From Candidatus Saccharimonadota bacterium (lineage in GTDB: Archaea; Nanohalarchaeota; Nanosalinia; Nanosalinales; Nanosalinaceae), in assembly GCA_001761425.1 (NCBI GenBank), contig CP012986.1:180001-212000 (forward strand): a stretch of 32,000 bases of DNA, read 5' to 3'. The notes under the pieces were generated by a model. The model saw only the letters and a program-made list of their open reading frames with translations, ran no database searches and was not told the origin of the DNA. A program made the position numbers and the translations under genes. This document shows positions 16,707-25,092 of the stretch, in pieces. Each line of letters opens with the position of its first letter. Positions within the stretch are counted from its first letter, which is position 1.

Positions 16707-17764
16707 TATTTTTCGCCTCCGTAGAAGTTCTGGAACTGTTTTTTCTCCTTTTTCAGCATTTTCGGCATATTCTTGTACACATAATCGAACATCTCTTCCA
16801 TCTCAGGATCATCGGCTTCTATCGCCTCGTTTGAGGCCTTCTTTATCTTCTCTTCCGCTTCTTCCTCAAATTCCTCTAGTTCATCGTTCCAGATATCGTT
16901 TTCTTTCAGGTATTCTCTGAAACGCTTCATAGGGTCTTTTTCCTTCCATTTCTCTACTTCTTCCTCATCTCTGTAACGTGTCGAGTCATCTGAGGTTGTA
17001 TGGTCTTCAAGCCTGTATGTTAAGGCCTCAAGAAGCACTGGGTCGCCGTCTCCTGCCTTCTCCAGAGCTTCTCTTACTCCTTTGATCACTGCGATTATAT
17101 CGTTTCCATCGACCTGTATTCCATCGATTCCGTGTGCTACTGCCTTCTGAGCCAGAGTTTCTGATTTGGTCTGCCTTTCGATAGGCATCGAGATCGCGTA
17201 CTGGTTGTTCTGTACGATAAATACGTTATGACCTGAGAAGACACCTGAGAAGTTCAGTGATTCATGGAAATCTCCCTGAGAGGTGCTTCCGTCTCCTGTA
17301 AACGAAACTACGGCGTTTTCCTCCCCCTGCTTCTCCATGGCCATTCCTATTCCCGCGGCATGAAGATTCTGGGTTCCTACAGGTATTGCGACAGGGAGGT
17401 CGTTTTCAAGGCCTTTCTGGCCGTTAGCATCTCCCATCCATCTCTGGTAGATCTTGTCCAGAGGTGCTCCTCTTGCTATATAAGCTGCTGTTTCCCTGAA
17501 ACTTGGAACCATCCAGTCCTCATCGTTCATCGCGAAGACAGCACCGATCTGAACAGCTTCCTGGCCTTTATGAGGTGCGTAAGTCGATATCTCACCTCTT
17601 CTCTGAAGTGAGAAAGCTCTTTCATCAAATTTTCTCGCCAGCATAATCTGCCTGTAAAGTTCCCGAAATTCTTCGTCACTGATGCCGTGATCCTTGTCCT
17701 CGTCTTCAGTATCCAGAATTTCGATCTTCTCTACTGTCGCTGTATTTACCTCTTTTCGAACCAT
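16706..17764 (-). CDS. pdhA: 2-oxoacid dehydrogenase E1 component, alpha subunit (TPP-binding)
   Basis: 352 aa with the TPP motif 'FTGDGSTSQGDFHESLNFSGV...VQNNQYAIS'. Its stop overlaps the pdhB start by 1 nt. Confidence 0.92.
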   Translation of the reverse strand: MVRKEVNTATVEKIEILDTEDEDKDHGISDEEFRELYRQIMLARKFDERAFSLQRRGEISTYAPHKGQEAVQIGAVFAMNDEDWMVPSFRETAAYIARGAPLDKIYQRWMGDANGQKGLENDLPVAIPVGTQNLHAAGIGMAMEKQGEENAVVSFTGDGSTSQGDFHESLNFSGVFSGHNVFIVQNNQYAISMPIERQTKSETLAQKAVAHGIDGIQVDGNDIIAVIKGVREALEKAGDGDPVLLEALTYRLEDHTTSDDSTRYRDEEEVEKWKEKDPMKRFREYLKENDIWNDELEEFEEEAEEKIKKASNEAIEADDPEMEEMFDYVYKNMPKMLKKEKKQFQNFYGGEK

Positions 17765-17790
17765 TATAATAGACGAAAGGCCTCGACTCG

Positions 17791-17800
17791 TATATAAAAA
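17791..17800 (-). promoter_or_regulatory. TATA-like box for the 2-oxoacid dehydrogenase operon (leaderless spacing)
   Basis: tatataaaaa at 17791-17800 lies 27-36 nt upstream of the pdhA ATG at 17764. A second AT-rich box, ctattaatt (about 17842-17850), lies 23-31 nt upstream of the divergent ATG at 17873. Confidence 0.35.
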
Positions 17801-17872
17801 ATCGTTTGCGACCCAGGAGTGAACAGAGAACAGGCCTTAACCTATTAATTCAGGGAAAAAGAAATCTGACTT

Positions 17873-19909
17873 ATGCTTGATAAACTCTTCAACCCGGAGA
17901 CTGTAGCGGTCGTCGGAGCCTCCAGAGAGGAGGGAAAGACCGGTCATGAAATATTCGACAATCTTGTCCACAGCTTTGACGGAGAGGTGGTGCCAGTCAA
18001 TCCGAACGCCGAAAAAGTACACGGGGAAAAGGCCTACGATGAGATACCGCGTGGAACAGAGCTTGCAGTTATAGCTGTTCCTGCAGAGATAGTTCCGGGT
18101 ATAATAGATCAGTGTGGCGAGAAAAAAGTCAGATCAGCGATCGTAATTTCTGCAGGTTTCTCAGAGATTGGAGATCAGGGCCTTGAACAGGAGGTACTGG
18201 AAAAGGCAGAGGAAAACGGTATAAAGCTACTTGGGCCGAACGTTTTAGGCCTTATCAATACTGAAAACGGGATGAACGCGTCTTTCGCTTCTAAGATGCC
18301 GGGTGAAGGCGATATCTCTTTCATGTCTCAGTCCGGGGCTTTCTGTACCGCTATTCTGGATTATGCCAAGGCTGAAAACATTGGATTCAGAAATTTTGTG
18401 TCTCTCGGCAATAAATCGATGATAGATGAGATCGATCTACTGAAGAAATGGAGGGAAGACGGTACTGAGGCCATACTTTCATACACTGAAGGGATAGATG
18501 ACGGAAGAGAGTTCCTGAGGGAGGCAGAGCATACTTCCAGAGAAACTCCGATAATAATGGTTAAGTCAGGCAGGACAGAACAGGGAGGTACGGCAGCTTC
18601 CTCTCATACAGGTTCTATCGCAGGGAGCTATCAGGCCTACCAAGCTGCTTTCAGGAAATGCGGTATAATCGAAGCAGAATCGAACAGAGAGCTTCTCGAC
18701 TACGGAAGAGCTTTTGCCTATCAGCCGCTTCCACAGGGAGAGAATGTTGCGGTAGTAACGAACGGAGGAGGAGCAGGAGTTATCACGGCAGACGAGATAT
18801 CGGAGAGAGGCCTTGAACTTGCTAGTTTCACATCTGAAACCTCCAGAAAGCTGGAGGAATCGATGCCAGATGAATCAGGAAAGACTAATCCTCTTGATGT
18901 TATAGGTGACGCCGGACATGACCGCTACAGGGAAGCTCTCGATGCAGTGATAGATGATGAAAGAGTTGACTCTGTAATAGTAATACTGACTCCTCAGGCA
19001 AATACAGAAATCAAGAAGACAGCGAAAACAGTAGTAAAGGCCTCAGAAAGCACTGAAAAGTCTGTCATGTCATGTTTTATGGGAGAAAAAGATGTTCAGA
19101 AAGGCATAGATATTCTGGAGAAAAATGATATACCGGACTTTGAAGATCCTAAGGACGCTGTCAAGGCCTTGAAGGAGATGAAAGAGTACAGAAAGTTCAG
19201 GGAAGAGTTCAGGGACTACAGTAAATATGGATATGATGAGGAAAAGGCAGAAAAAGCCCTGGAAGATCCATCAGGTTATGAAGACTACGAGAAACTTCTA
19301 AGAGCTTACGGGTTTAAATTTCCTCTGACAAAAATAGCTGAAGCACCTAATCCAACTGCAGAAGCCGTGCAAGAGGTCGGATATCCTGCCGTTATGAAGA
19401 TCAGAAGTCCTGACGTACAGCACAAGACTGATATCGGCGGGGTCAAGACCGGGATAGAAAGCAGGAAAGAAGCGAAAGAGGCCTTTGACAAGATAGTCGA
19501 AGACATTTACGATCACAGGCCTGGAAGCGAGATCAACGGTGTTCTTGTACAGGAGCAGATGGAAGGCCTCGAAGTAGCACTCGGTATGAAGCGAGATCCT
19601 CAGTTCGGCCCGATGATAATGGTAGGTCTCGGCGGTATCTACATAGAGGCATTACACGATGTCTCCTTCGGCATCGCACCGATCTCTGACCAGGAAGCAG
19701 ACCAGATGATAGAGGAACTTGAATCCTCAGATCTTTTTGAAGGCGTAAGAGGCGAAAAATACAGTCTGGAAACAGTAAAAGACGCTATCATAAGGCTTGG
19801 GGAACTTGCGATGAACCATGAAGAGATACAGGCCATAGATATCAACCCACTCATCCTGAAAGAAAAAGAGGCCTACGTAGCCGATATAGAGATGGAATTC
19901 GAGGAATAA
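17873..19909 (+). CDS. acetyl-CoA synthetase (ADP-forming), fused alpha/beta (acetate--CoA ligase, NDP-forming)
   Basis: 678 aa. CoA-binding N-terminus 'LFNPETVAVVGAS', 'SQSGAF', the phosphohistidine segment 'AASSHTGSIAGS' and a C-terminal ATP-grasp ('GYPAVMKIRSPDVQHKTDIGGV'). Confidence 0.9.
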   Translation: MLDKLFNPETVAVVGASREEGKTGHEIFDNLVHSFDGEVVPVNPNAEKVHGEKAYDEIPRGTELAVIAVPAEIVPGIIDQCGEKKVRSAIVISAGFSEIGDQGLEQEVLEKAEENGIKLLGPNVLGLINTENGMNASFASKMPGEGDISFMSQSGAFCTAILDYAKAENIGFRNFVSLGNKSMIDEIDLLKKWREDGTEAILSYTEGIDDGREFLREAEHTSRETPIIMVKSGRTEQGGTAASSHTGSIAGSYQAYQAAFRKCGIIEAESNRELLDYGRAFAYQPLPQGENVAVVTNGGGAGVITADEISERGLELASFTSETSRKLEESMPDESGKTNPLDVIGDAGHDRYREALDAVIDDERVDSVIVILTPQANTEIKKTAKTVVKASESTEKSVMSCFMGEKDVQKGIDILEKNDIPDFEDPKDAVKALKEMKEYRKFREEFRDYSKYGYDEEKAEKALEDPSGYEDYEKLLRAYGFKFPLTKIAEAPNPTAEAVQEVGYPAVMKIRSPDVQHKTDIGGVKTGIESRKEAKEAFDKIVEDIYDHRPGSEINGVLVQEQMEGLEVALGMKRDPQFGPMIMVGLGGIYIEALHDVSFGIAPISDQEADQMIEELESSDLFEGVRGEKYSLETVKDAIIRLGELAMNHEEIQAIDINPLILKEKEAYVADIEMEFEE

Positions 19910-19936
19910 TTTAAGTTTGGAGGGCGATATTAAGAT

Positions 19937-20113
19937 ATGAATCAGGAAGCCATTGGGGGCGGTATTGGGGCAATTTTTGGCGGATTGATTCTACAGAGGA
20001 TGATTGAAATTGCGTCTGCAGGATCATCTATAGCAAGTATATCATGGATGCCTCCATTGCTTGTGATTTTGGGGGTATTCGTCGTAATAGCTGGCATCTT
20101 CGGAGTAGAATGA
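19937..20113 (+). CDS. small hydrophobic protein (58 aa), hypothetical; not in the ORF track (below its length cutoff)
   Basis: My translation is 'MNQEAIGGGIGAIFGGLILQRMIEIASAGSSIASISWMPPLLVILGVFVVIAGIFGVE*', with two Gly-rich TM segments. Its TGA (20111-20113) overlaps the ATG at 20110 of the next ORF (ATGA). Confidence 0.45.
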   Translation: MNQEAIGGGIGAIFGGLILQRMIEIASAGSSIASISWMPPLLVILGVFVVIAGIFGVE

Positions 20114-20493
20114 TTCCTGAACCGCTCAAAAATTTTGCCCCAGAAATACCGCTCGAAGCAGTTTACCTGCTGGTTTTGGGATACTTACCGCTGACAGTAT
20201 CATTACATGTTTTAGGTAGAGATGAGAGTTTCAAGAAATGGGGTAAATTGCAAAAATTCTCCCTGACATTTTCCAGCGGTTTCGTCTTGGCCTTCATTTA
20301 TACTCAATTAATTAAGTTCTTCGGAATGAAAGCACAAATTTTCAGTTTTTATGGTATAGTGTTTATAATCGCATCCATAGTAGTTACAGTACCTTTGGAA
20401 CTTTTCTGTTTCTATTTCATAAAAATTTGTAGTGAAGTCAGTTACTTCGAGGATATAGAGGATAGAATTGAGCAAAGATTAGAGGATTTTTAA
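20110..20493 (+). CDS. hypothetical membrane protein (127 aa)
   Basis: I chose the internal start 'MIPEPLKNF' of listed ORF 20044..20493, because the upstream 22 codons are Arg-rich and overlap the small ORF. It has 3 predicted TM segments and an acidic C-terminal tail. The DNA is clearly more AT-rich than its neighbours. Confidence 0.5.
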   Translation: MIPEPLKNFAPEIPLEAVYLLVLGYLPLTVSLHVLGRDESFKKWGKLQKFSLTFSSGFVLAFIYTQLIKFFGMKAQIFSFYGIVFIIASIVVTVPLELFCFYFIKICSEVSYFEDIEDRIEQRLEDF

Positions 20494-20515
20494 AGAAAAA
20501 GAAAGTAAAAAGAGA

Positions 20516-20541
20516 AGGCCTCTGGGATCTAGGCCTTTTTT
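20516..20541. terminator. AGGCCT-pair hairpin plus T6; likely bidirectional terminator
   Basis: AGGCCT (20516-20521), a 9-nt loop, AGGCCT (20531-20536), then TTTTTT to 20541. An A-rich tract upstream gives a U-run on the other strand. It lies between convergent genes. Confidence 0.55.
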
Positions 20542-21342
20542 CTAGTTGAAGTTGATGTCTGCGTTTGCTGAGGCTTCTGCCTGGGCTTCTGTGTTGTTTT
20601 CTTCTTCAGATTCGTTGTTTCCCTGTGTTTCTGCTTCAATTTTTGCCTCGAGTTCTCCTTCGAGCTCTCCTTTTTCCATTTCTACCTCGAATTCGTCTCT
20701 TTTAGATACGTTAACGGTGATCTGGCCTTCTGTGTCAGTTGTTCCTACTTTCTGTCCGTTTACTGTTACAGATGCGTTGGCGACTGCGTCTCCGTTACTT
20801 GTTGCTTTCAGTGTGGCTTCGTTCTCTGCCTCTAGTTCTTCGGCGACGCTGATCTGGATCTTTCCTTTTGCTTCAGCTTCTCCTTCTGTCTCTTCATTTT
20901 CTGCGTCTCCGGAGTTTTTCGCTTCGTCTTTTGCCTGATCGTCGCTGTTACCTGAGAGGAAGTTACCGATTGCTTCGAAGATTCCTCCCTGGTCGCCTTC
21001 CTGAGCTTCTGCTGAAACTTCTGCTCCCGCTCCATTACTACTGTTACCGGTGTCTTCAGGAGGTCCCTGTGCCTGAGAGCTGGAGTCTGCTTCAGCTTCA
21101 GCTGAAACACTGGCCTCTATACTGTTAACCTTGTTCTCGAGGCTGGTAAGCCTGTCCTGGATATCAGCCAGCTGTTCCTGGATATTTTCCAGTGCGGCCA
21201 TAATGCCCGTATCTGCCGAGGCCTCTGCATTAGCCCCGAGATCTGCGCTCGCGTTGTCCTGTGCAGCTGCAGGAGCTGCAAGGCCCAGTAGCATAACTGC
21301 TACCAGGGAAACTGCCGTAAACTTGTCATCTAATTTCATCTC
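20542..21342 (-). CDS. secreted, highly acidic low-complexity protein with coiled-coil and a beta-sandwich-like segment
   Basis: I chose the start at 'MKLDDKFTAVSLVAVMLLGLAAPAAAQ' (signal peptide). Also present are 'ALENIQEQLADIQDRLTSLENKV' (coiled coil) and 'ANASVTVNGQKVGTTDTEGQITVNV' (CarboxypepD_reg-like pattern). Confidence 0.6.
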   Translation of the reverse strand, partial: EMKLDDKFTAVSLVAVMLLGLAAPAAAQDNASADLGANAEASADTGIMAALENIQEQLADIQDRLTSLENKVNSIEASVSAEAEADSSSQAQGPPEDTGNSSNGAGAEVSAEAQEGDQGGIFEAIGNFLSGNSDDQAKDEAKNSGDAENEETEGEAEAKGKIQISVAEELEAENEATLKATSNGDAVANASVTVNGQKVGTTDTEGQITVNVSKRDEFEVEMEKGELEGELEAKIEAETQGNNESEEENNTEAQAEASANADINFN

Positions 21343-21463
21343 GTTTTCACCAACCACAAATACATCATCTACCCTTAAGAGGAATATCCAGAAACAAGCG
21401 TTAAAACACGTTGAAAAACCGTTCAATAGCGTTTAACTGGAGTCAGTAACTGTTCAGATAGGT

Positions 21464-21853
21464 TCACCGTTGCTGTTTCTTCAACTCCTCCCGGTTCGCC
21501 TCAATCAGATAGGTATTTGCCTTTTTCTTCTTGATAACAAGATTTCTATCAAACAGTTCAGAAACAGCATTACTCACAGTAGCCTTGGAAACACCTAACT
21601 CATCGGGCAGCTCACTCTGAAGCATACCTTCCTCCAGGACAACATCCAGGACTTCCTCACCTCTCCGTGAAAGGCCTATATTATCTGTCTCCAGTTGCTT
21701 ATCTTCTTCGTCTTTCTCCCCGTAATACTCTTCGTCAAGAAACTTCTGAAGCTTCCAGATGTAAAGGCCTGAAGCAGCGGTCAACGCGATGAAAGCACCC
21801 AGCATCATATAGATCAGTATCTCAAACTCTGCCTCAGGAAAAGGTACTGCCAT
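21464..21853 (-). CDS. membrane-anchored winged-helix (MarR/TrmB-like) regulator
   Basis: 129 aa with an N-terminal TM ('ILIYMMLGAFIALTAASGLYIW'). It then has an acidic linker and the wHTH 'MLQSELPDELGVSKATVSNAVSELFDRNLV'. Confidence 0.7.
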   Translation of the reverse strand: MAVPFPEAEFEILIYMMLGAFIALTAASGLYIWKLQKFLDEEYYGEKDEEDKQLETDNIGLSRRGEEVLDVVLEEGMLQSELPDELGVSKATVSNAVSELFDRNLVIKKKKANTYLIEANREELKKQQR

Positions 21854-21887
21854 ATCTGTTTAACCTGAAGAATAATTACGGCCCAGA

Positions 21888-22697
21888 CTACAAAAGGCCT
21901 TTCCCGGCTTCATCTAAAGGATTTTCACTTCCCTCCTCGTTTTCAGAACCGTCACTGCCTCCAGAACTGTTATCGAGATTTCTCCCGGGAACATCAGGTC
22001 TTGCAGATTTATTCTCTTCTGAAGGCCTTACATCCAGGCTCTCGTTTAAATTATCTCCTGTACCTGACCTGTTTCCTTTTTCCGTGAGATTATCCAGTTC
22101 TTGATCCTGTGATTCGCCTTCGGATCCTTTTCCAGGTATACTTTCATTCTTCAGAGGATTCTCCGAATCTTTACCAGGGTTTTTCCTGTTTTCAGGCTCT
22201 TTAAGGCTTTGAGGCCTTCCTTTCTGCCTTGACTTGTTAATAGCTTTATTTACCCTGTCTTTTGCCTGTTCAGGGACTTTTCTCTTTATTTTTTCCAGTT
22301 TCTCAACGTTTTTCTCGGAGATATTTCCTATCTTGCTGGAGAGATTTTTGTTTCCGTTTTTCTCCGCTAGCTCTCGGGATCTGTTGATCTCTTCCGAGTA
22401 TTTCTGTGTCATCTCCGCTGCCTTCTCCGATCTGTTCCTCTCAGCCAGTTCCTCGGCCTCCGCAAGCTTTTCCTCAGCGTTGTTTGCCACAGCCTTCGCC
22501 TTGAAATCCTCACCGCCCACAAAACCGGCCATAGAGGCCTCAAGATCTTCAACGAAGCTCTCAACAGGATAGAAAAAATCTCCCGGTATCAGGCCTGGAC
22601 CAACTGAACTCGAGTTCTGACTCTGCTGGGCCGAAGCCGAAGCAGCCATCAGGACAGCGAGTAAGATAAATGCCAGAACTTTTCCACTAAATTTCAT
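21888..22697 (-). CDS. secreted protein, DUF5667-like helical N-domain and low-complexity tail
   Basis: 269 aa with a signal peptide ('MKFSGKVLAFILLAVLMAASASA'). 'PGDFFYPVESFVEDLE...AKAVANNAEEKLAEAEELAERN' resembles DUF5667. The family assignment is from memory and tentative. Confidence 0.55.
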   Translation of the reverse strand: MKFSGKVLAFILLAVLMAASASAQQSQNSSSVGPGLIPGDFFYPVESFVEDLEASMAGFVGGEDFKAKAVANNAEEKLAEAEELAERNRSEKAAEMTQKYSEEINRSRELAEKNGNKNLSSKIGNISEKNVEKLEKIKRKVPEQAKDRVNKAINKSRQKGRPQSLKEPENRKNPGKDSENPLKNESIPGKGSEGESQDQELDNLTEKGNRSGTGDNLNESLDVRPSEENKSARPDVPGRNLDNSSGGSDGSENEEGSENPLDEAGKGLL

Positions 22698-22801
22698 ACA
22701 AAAACAAAAGCCTCCTAACGGTTTTAAAACAGATATGTAAACGGTCGTTAAAAAACAGGTTATCCAGGGCCTCAGAAGATCTGAAAACAGGTTTGGGCTG
22801 T

Positions 22802-23632
22802 TTAATCCTGTTCATTTCGGTCATTTTCTTTTTTCTCTGTTTCTCCAGAGGTTTCTTCCTTCTCCCTGTTTTCGGCCCCGAAACCGGCACTGAGGATTCT
22901 GGTAAGGGCCTGTTCTGCGGATTCGTCTGTCTCCTCTATCTGGCTTTCATCCAGTTCAAGCACAAGGCCTGAGGTTATGTTCGGTGCGGTCGGTAGAAAA
23001 ATAATTTCCCGGCCATCCTCGGTCCTGTTACCTGTCTTGAAAGCATTCAGCCGGAATTGACCGTGCTCGATTTTCACAGGCTTTGAAAGATCCTCCGCTC
23101 CGCCCAGCACTGTCTCTGTGGTAACTTTGGTAAGGTTGTAGACTGTTCCGAGGAAAGGTATCTTATCGAAGGCCTTGTCAAGCCATTTTTCTGCCTTGAA
23201 ACCTTTCTGGGTTTTCACGAACCTTCCTGCTCCTGTCACGATTAGTGCGCCGATTATAAGGAACATGGCCAGTTTAAAACTCTGGTTTAGGTAGTAGTTG
23301 ACGGTCTCGTTAATGTAGATGATGTTGGAGATGTTGAATATGTCTCCTCCGGGCATCTGCTCTATCTTGTGGAAAAGCCAGTCAACTACAATCAGCACTG
23401 CCAGTACAGGAAGCAAAACGATGAGGCCTGCCGAGGCAGGCTTCTTGGGATTGCCTAGTCTTCTTGAGAAGTCTTTAATCAGGTTTGAACGGTTTTTCTT
23501 GTAGTAATCAAGTTTCTTTCTCTGTTTTCTTCCCTGTTTGAGGCCTTGTTCGAGAACTTTCTTTCCTCCTTTCTCAAAATGCTTTCTGCTTTCTTTGAAG
23601 TGTTCCTTTCCTGGTTTTTCCTCATCGTTCAT
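22802..23632 (-). CDS. DUF502 (COG2928) family membrane protein
   Basis: 276 aa with a basic N-terminus and two TM segments. 'IPFLGTVYNLTKV' and 'IIFLPTAPNITSGLVLEL' match the DUF502 signature (PT-PNPTSG). Confidence 0.7.
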   Translation of the reverse strand: MNDEEKPGKEHFKESRKHFEKGGKKVLEQGLKQGRKQRKKLDYYKKNRSNLIKDFSRRLGNPKKPASAGLIVLLPVLAVLIVVDWLFHKIEQMPGGDIFNISNIIYINETVNYYLNQSFKLAMFLIIGALIVTGAGRFVKTQKGFKAEKWLDKAFDKIPFLGTVYNLTKVTTETVLGGAEDLSKPVKIEHGQFRLNAFKTGNRTEDGREIIFLPTAPNITSGLVLELDESQIEETDESAEQALTRILSAGFGAENREKEETSGETEKKENDRNEQD

Positions 23633-23789
23633 ATCTCTGTATTGTTGGAGAAGAAATTTATCTTCACCGGATCAGAACCTGCTTCAGGGTTGTTCAAGGC
23701 CTTTTTTGCTGTGTTCAACTGTATCTGAGAGAGTGCAGCTGTCTCCTTTTCCGTTATTTTTATACGGATAGTTTCAGAATATTTTCCTG

Positions 23790-24215
23790 ATGCAGGCGAA
23801 TAAGTGGAGAAATCTTTTTCTGTACATGATCACTTTGATCTCGGCTCTGGTGCTTTTCTTCCAGGCTGTACCATCTGAGGAAGCTTCAGGCCTTGAAAAC
23901 TATAGTCTGGAGGCACAGCGGGGCGAAACCAGTTTTGACTCCGGGAACCTTACCGTACAGGTCTCAGGTAATACTTCACTGCCTGATTCGGCCTCAGAAC
24001 TGGTCCTGGAGTCTGTGAATTACTCTGAGGAGGAAGGCCTTCTGGAGGTCCAGCTTGGAAGCGTAGATACTTCGGAAAACGGTACAGCAGTTCCTACGGT
24101 TGTTCAGGAGCCGGTTCCGTATACTTTTACAGCTAATTTCTCAGGTGAGATTCCAGAGTCTGTCATGGTCTCAGGAGTTTTTAGAGAAGTGGAGGCCTTT
24201 TCACCGGAGCAGTAG
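23790..24215 (+). CDS. hypothetical signal-anchored extracytoplasmic protein
   Basis: 141 aa with an N-terminal TM ('LFLYMITLISALVLFF'), followed by an acidic Ser/Thr/Glu-rich domain. Confidence 0.5.
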   Translation: MQANKWRNLFLYMITLISALVLFFQAVPSEEASGLENYSLEAQRGETSFDSGNLTVQVSGNTSLPDSASELVLESVNYSEEEGLLEVQLGSVDTSENGTAVPTVVQEPVPYTFTANFSGEIPESVMVSGVFREVEAFSPEQ

Positions 24216-24261
24216 GTTCTAGAGGAAATATTTAAGTTTCGCTTGAAACCATTCTTTTATT

Positions 24262-25083
24262 ATGGATATGGCCTTCATCAAGGATCAGAGAAAAGAGGTT
24301 TTGACGGCATCAGCGGTATTCACTCTGTGGGGTTTGATGCTTGGGATACCGAATGATTGGATCAAAGCTATGCCTGAAATGCTGTCTGGCCCGGTCTCAG
24401 GAGTTTTCTCCAATATGCTGGGATACGTTACCATGAAGGCCTTTGGAGCATCTATGGATCATTACCTGGTAGGGATAATGCTTCTGTTTGTGGCTGTTTT
24501 ACCTCTTGCCTACAGGGAGAGGGGAACTGCATTGCAATTTCTGATCTCGGGAACTATGTCAGTCTATGGTTTTCTGGCGCTGGTACATCTGATAATTCAG
24601 CCTATACCTCTTGTAAGTTCTCAGGTTCTTGGGATGGGCTTTCAGACACTGGTTTTCGGCCTTGTAGCCACAGAGCTTTACAGAAGGGTTCTGGGAGACG
24701 GATCGTTCGCTCTTAATTTTGACAGAGGCCTGTACCTTTCCTCTTTCATAATGGCTCTTACAGGGGTAACAAGCATTGCCTTACTGAGCTTTGTGATCCA
24801 TGGGCCTGAAATGAGTCTTGTCTATCCTGTGGGCGGAACATTGCTTGGGTTGGTGCTGATTTTCTCATCTCTTGAACTTCTTGAAAACTCCGTCCTGGGT
24901 ATCTGGTCCAGCATGATTCTGCTCACTGCGTTGGTGCTGGCATCTCTAGTGCTTTCCCAGTTCATCGTCCCGGCGATAATCTTCCTTTCAGCTGAGATCA
25001 TAATTTGGGAGAGGAAAGATGAGTTTGGCGATATCGAAGCTCCGATCAGCAAGTTCCGTAAGAATTTAGGCAACTGGGGATAA
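24262..25083 (+). CDS. hypothetical polytopic membrane protein (about 7 TM)
   Basis: 273 aa, with hydrophobic segments throughout. I recognise no family. Confidence 0.6.
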   Translation: MDMAFIKDQRKEVLTASAVFTLWGLMLGIPNDWIKAMPEMLSGPVSGVFSNMLGYVTMKAFGASMDHYLVGIMLLFVAVLPLAYRERGTALQFLISGTMSVYGFLALVHLIIQPIPLVSSQVLGMGFQTLVFGLVATELYRRVLGDGSFALNFDRGLYLSSFIMALTGVTSIALLSFVIHGPEMSLVYPVGGTLLGLVLIFSSLELLENSVLGIWSSMILLTALVLASLVLSQFIVPAIIFLSAEIIIWERKDEFGDIEAPISKFRKNLGNWG

Positions 25084-25092
25084 TTCTCTTTC

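Noticed and set aside
21343-21426. N-terminal extensions of listed ORFs. The clearest case is 21343-21426 ('MNGFSTCFNACFWIFLLRVDDVFVVGENE'). Others are 20044-20109 and 15734-15760.
   Set aside because: Internal starts give canonical signal peptides or operon junctions. The extended parts have atypical composition or overlap upstream genes.
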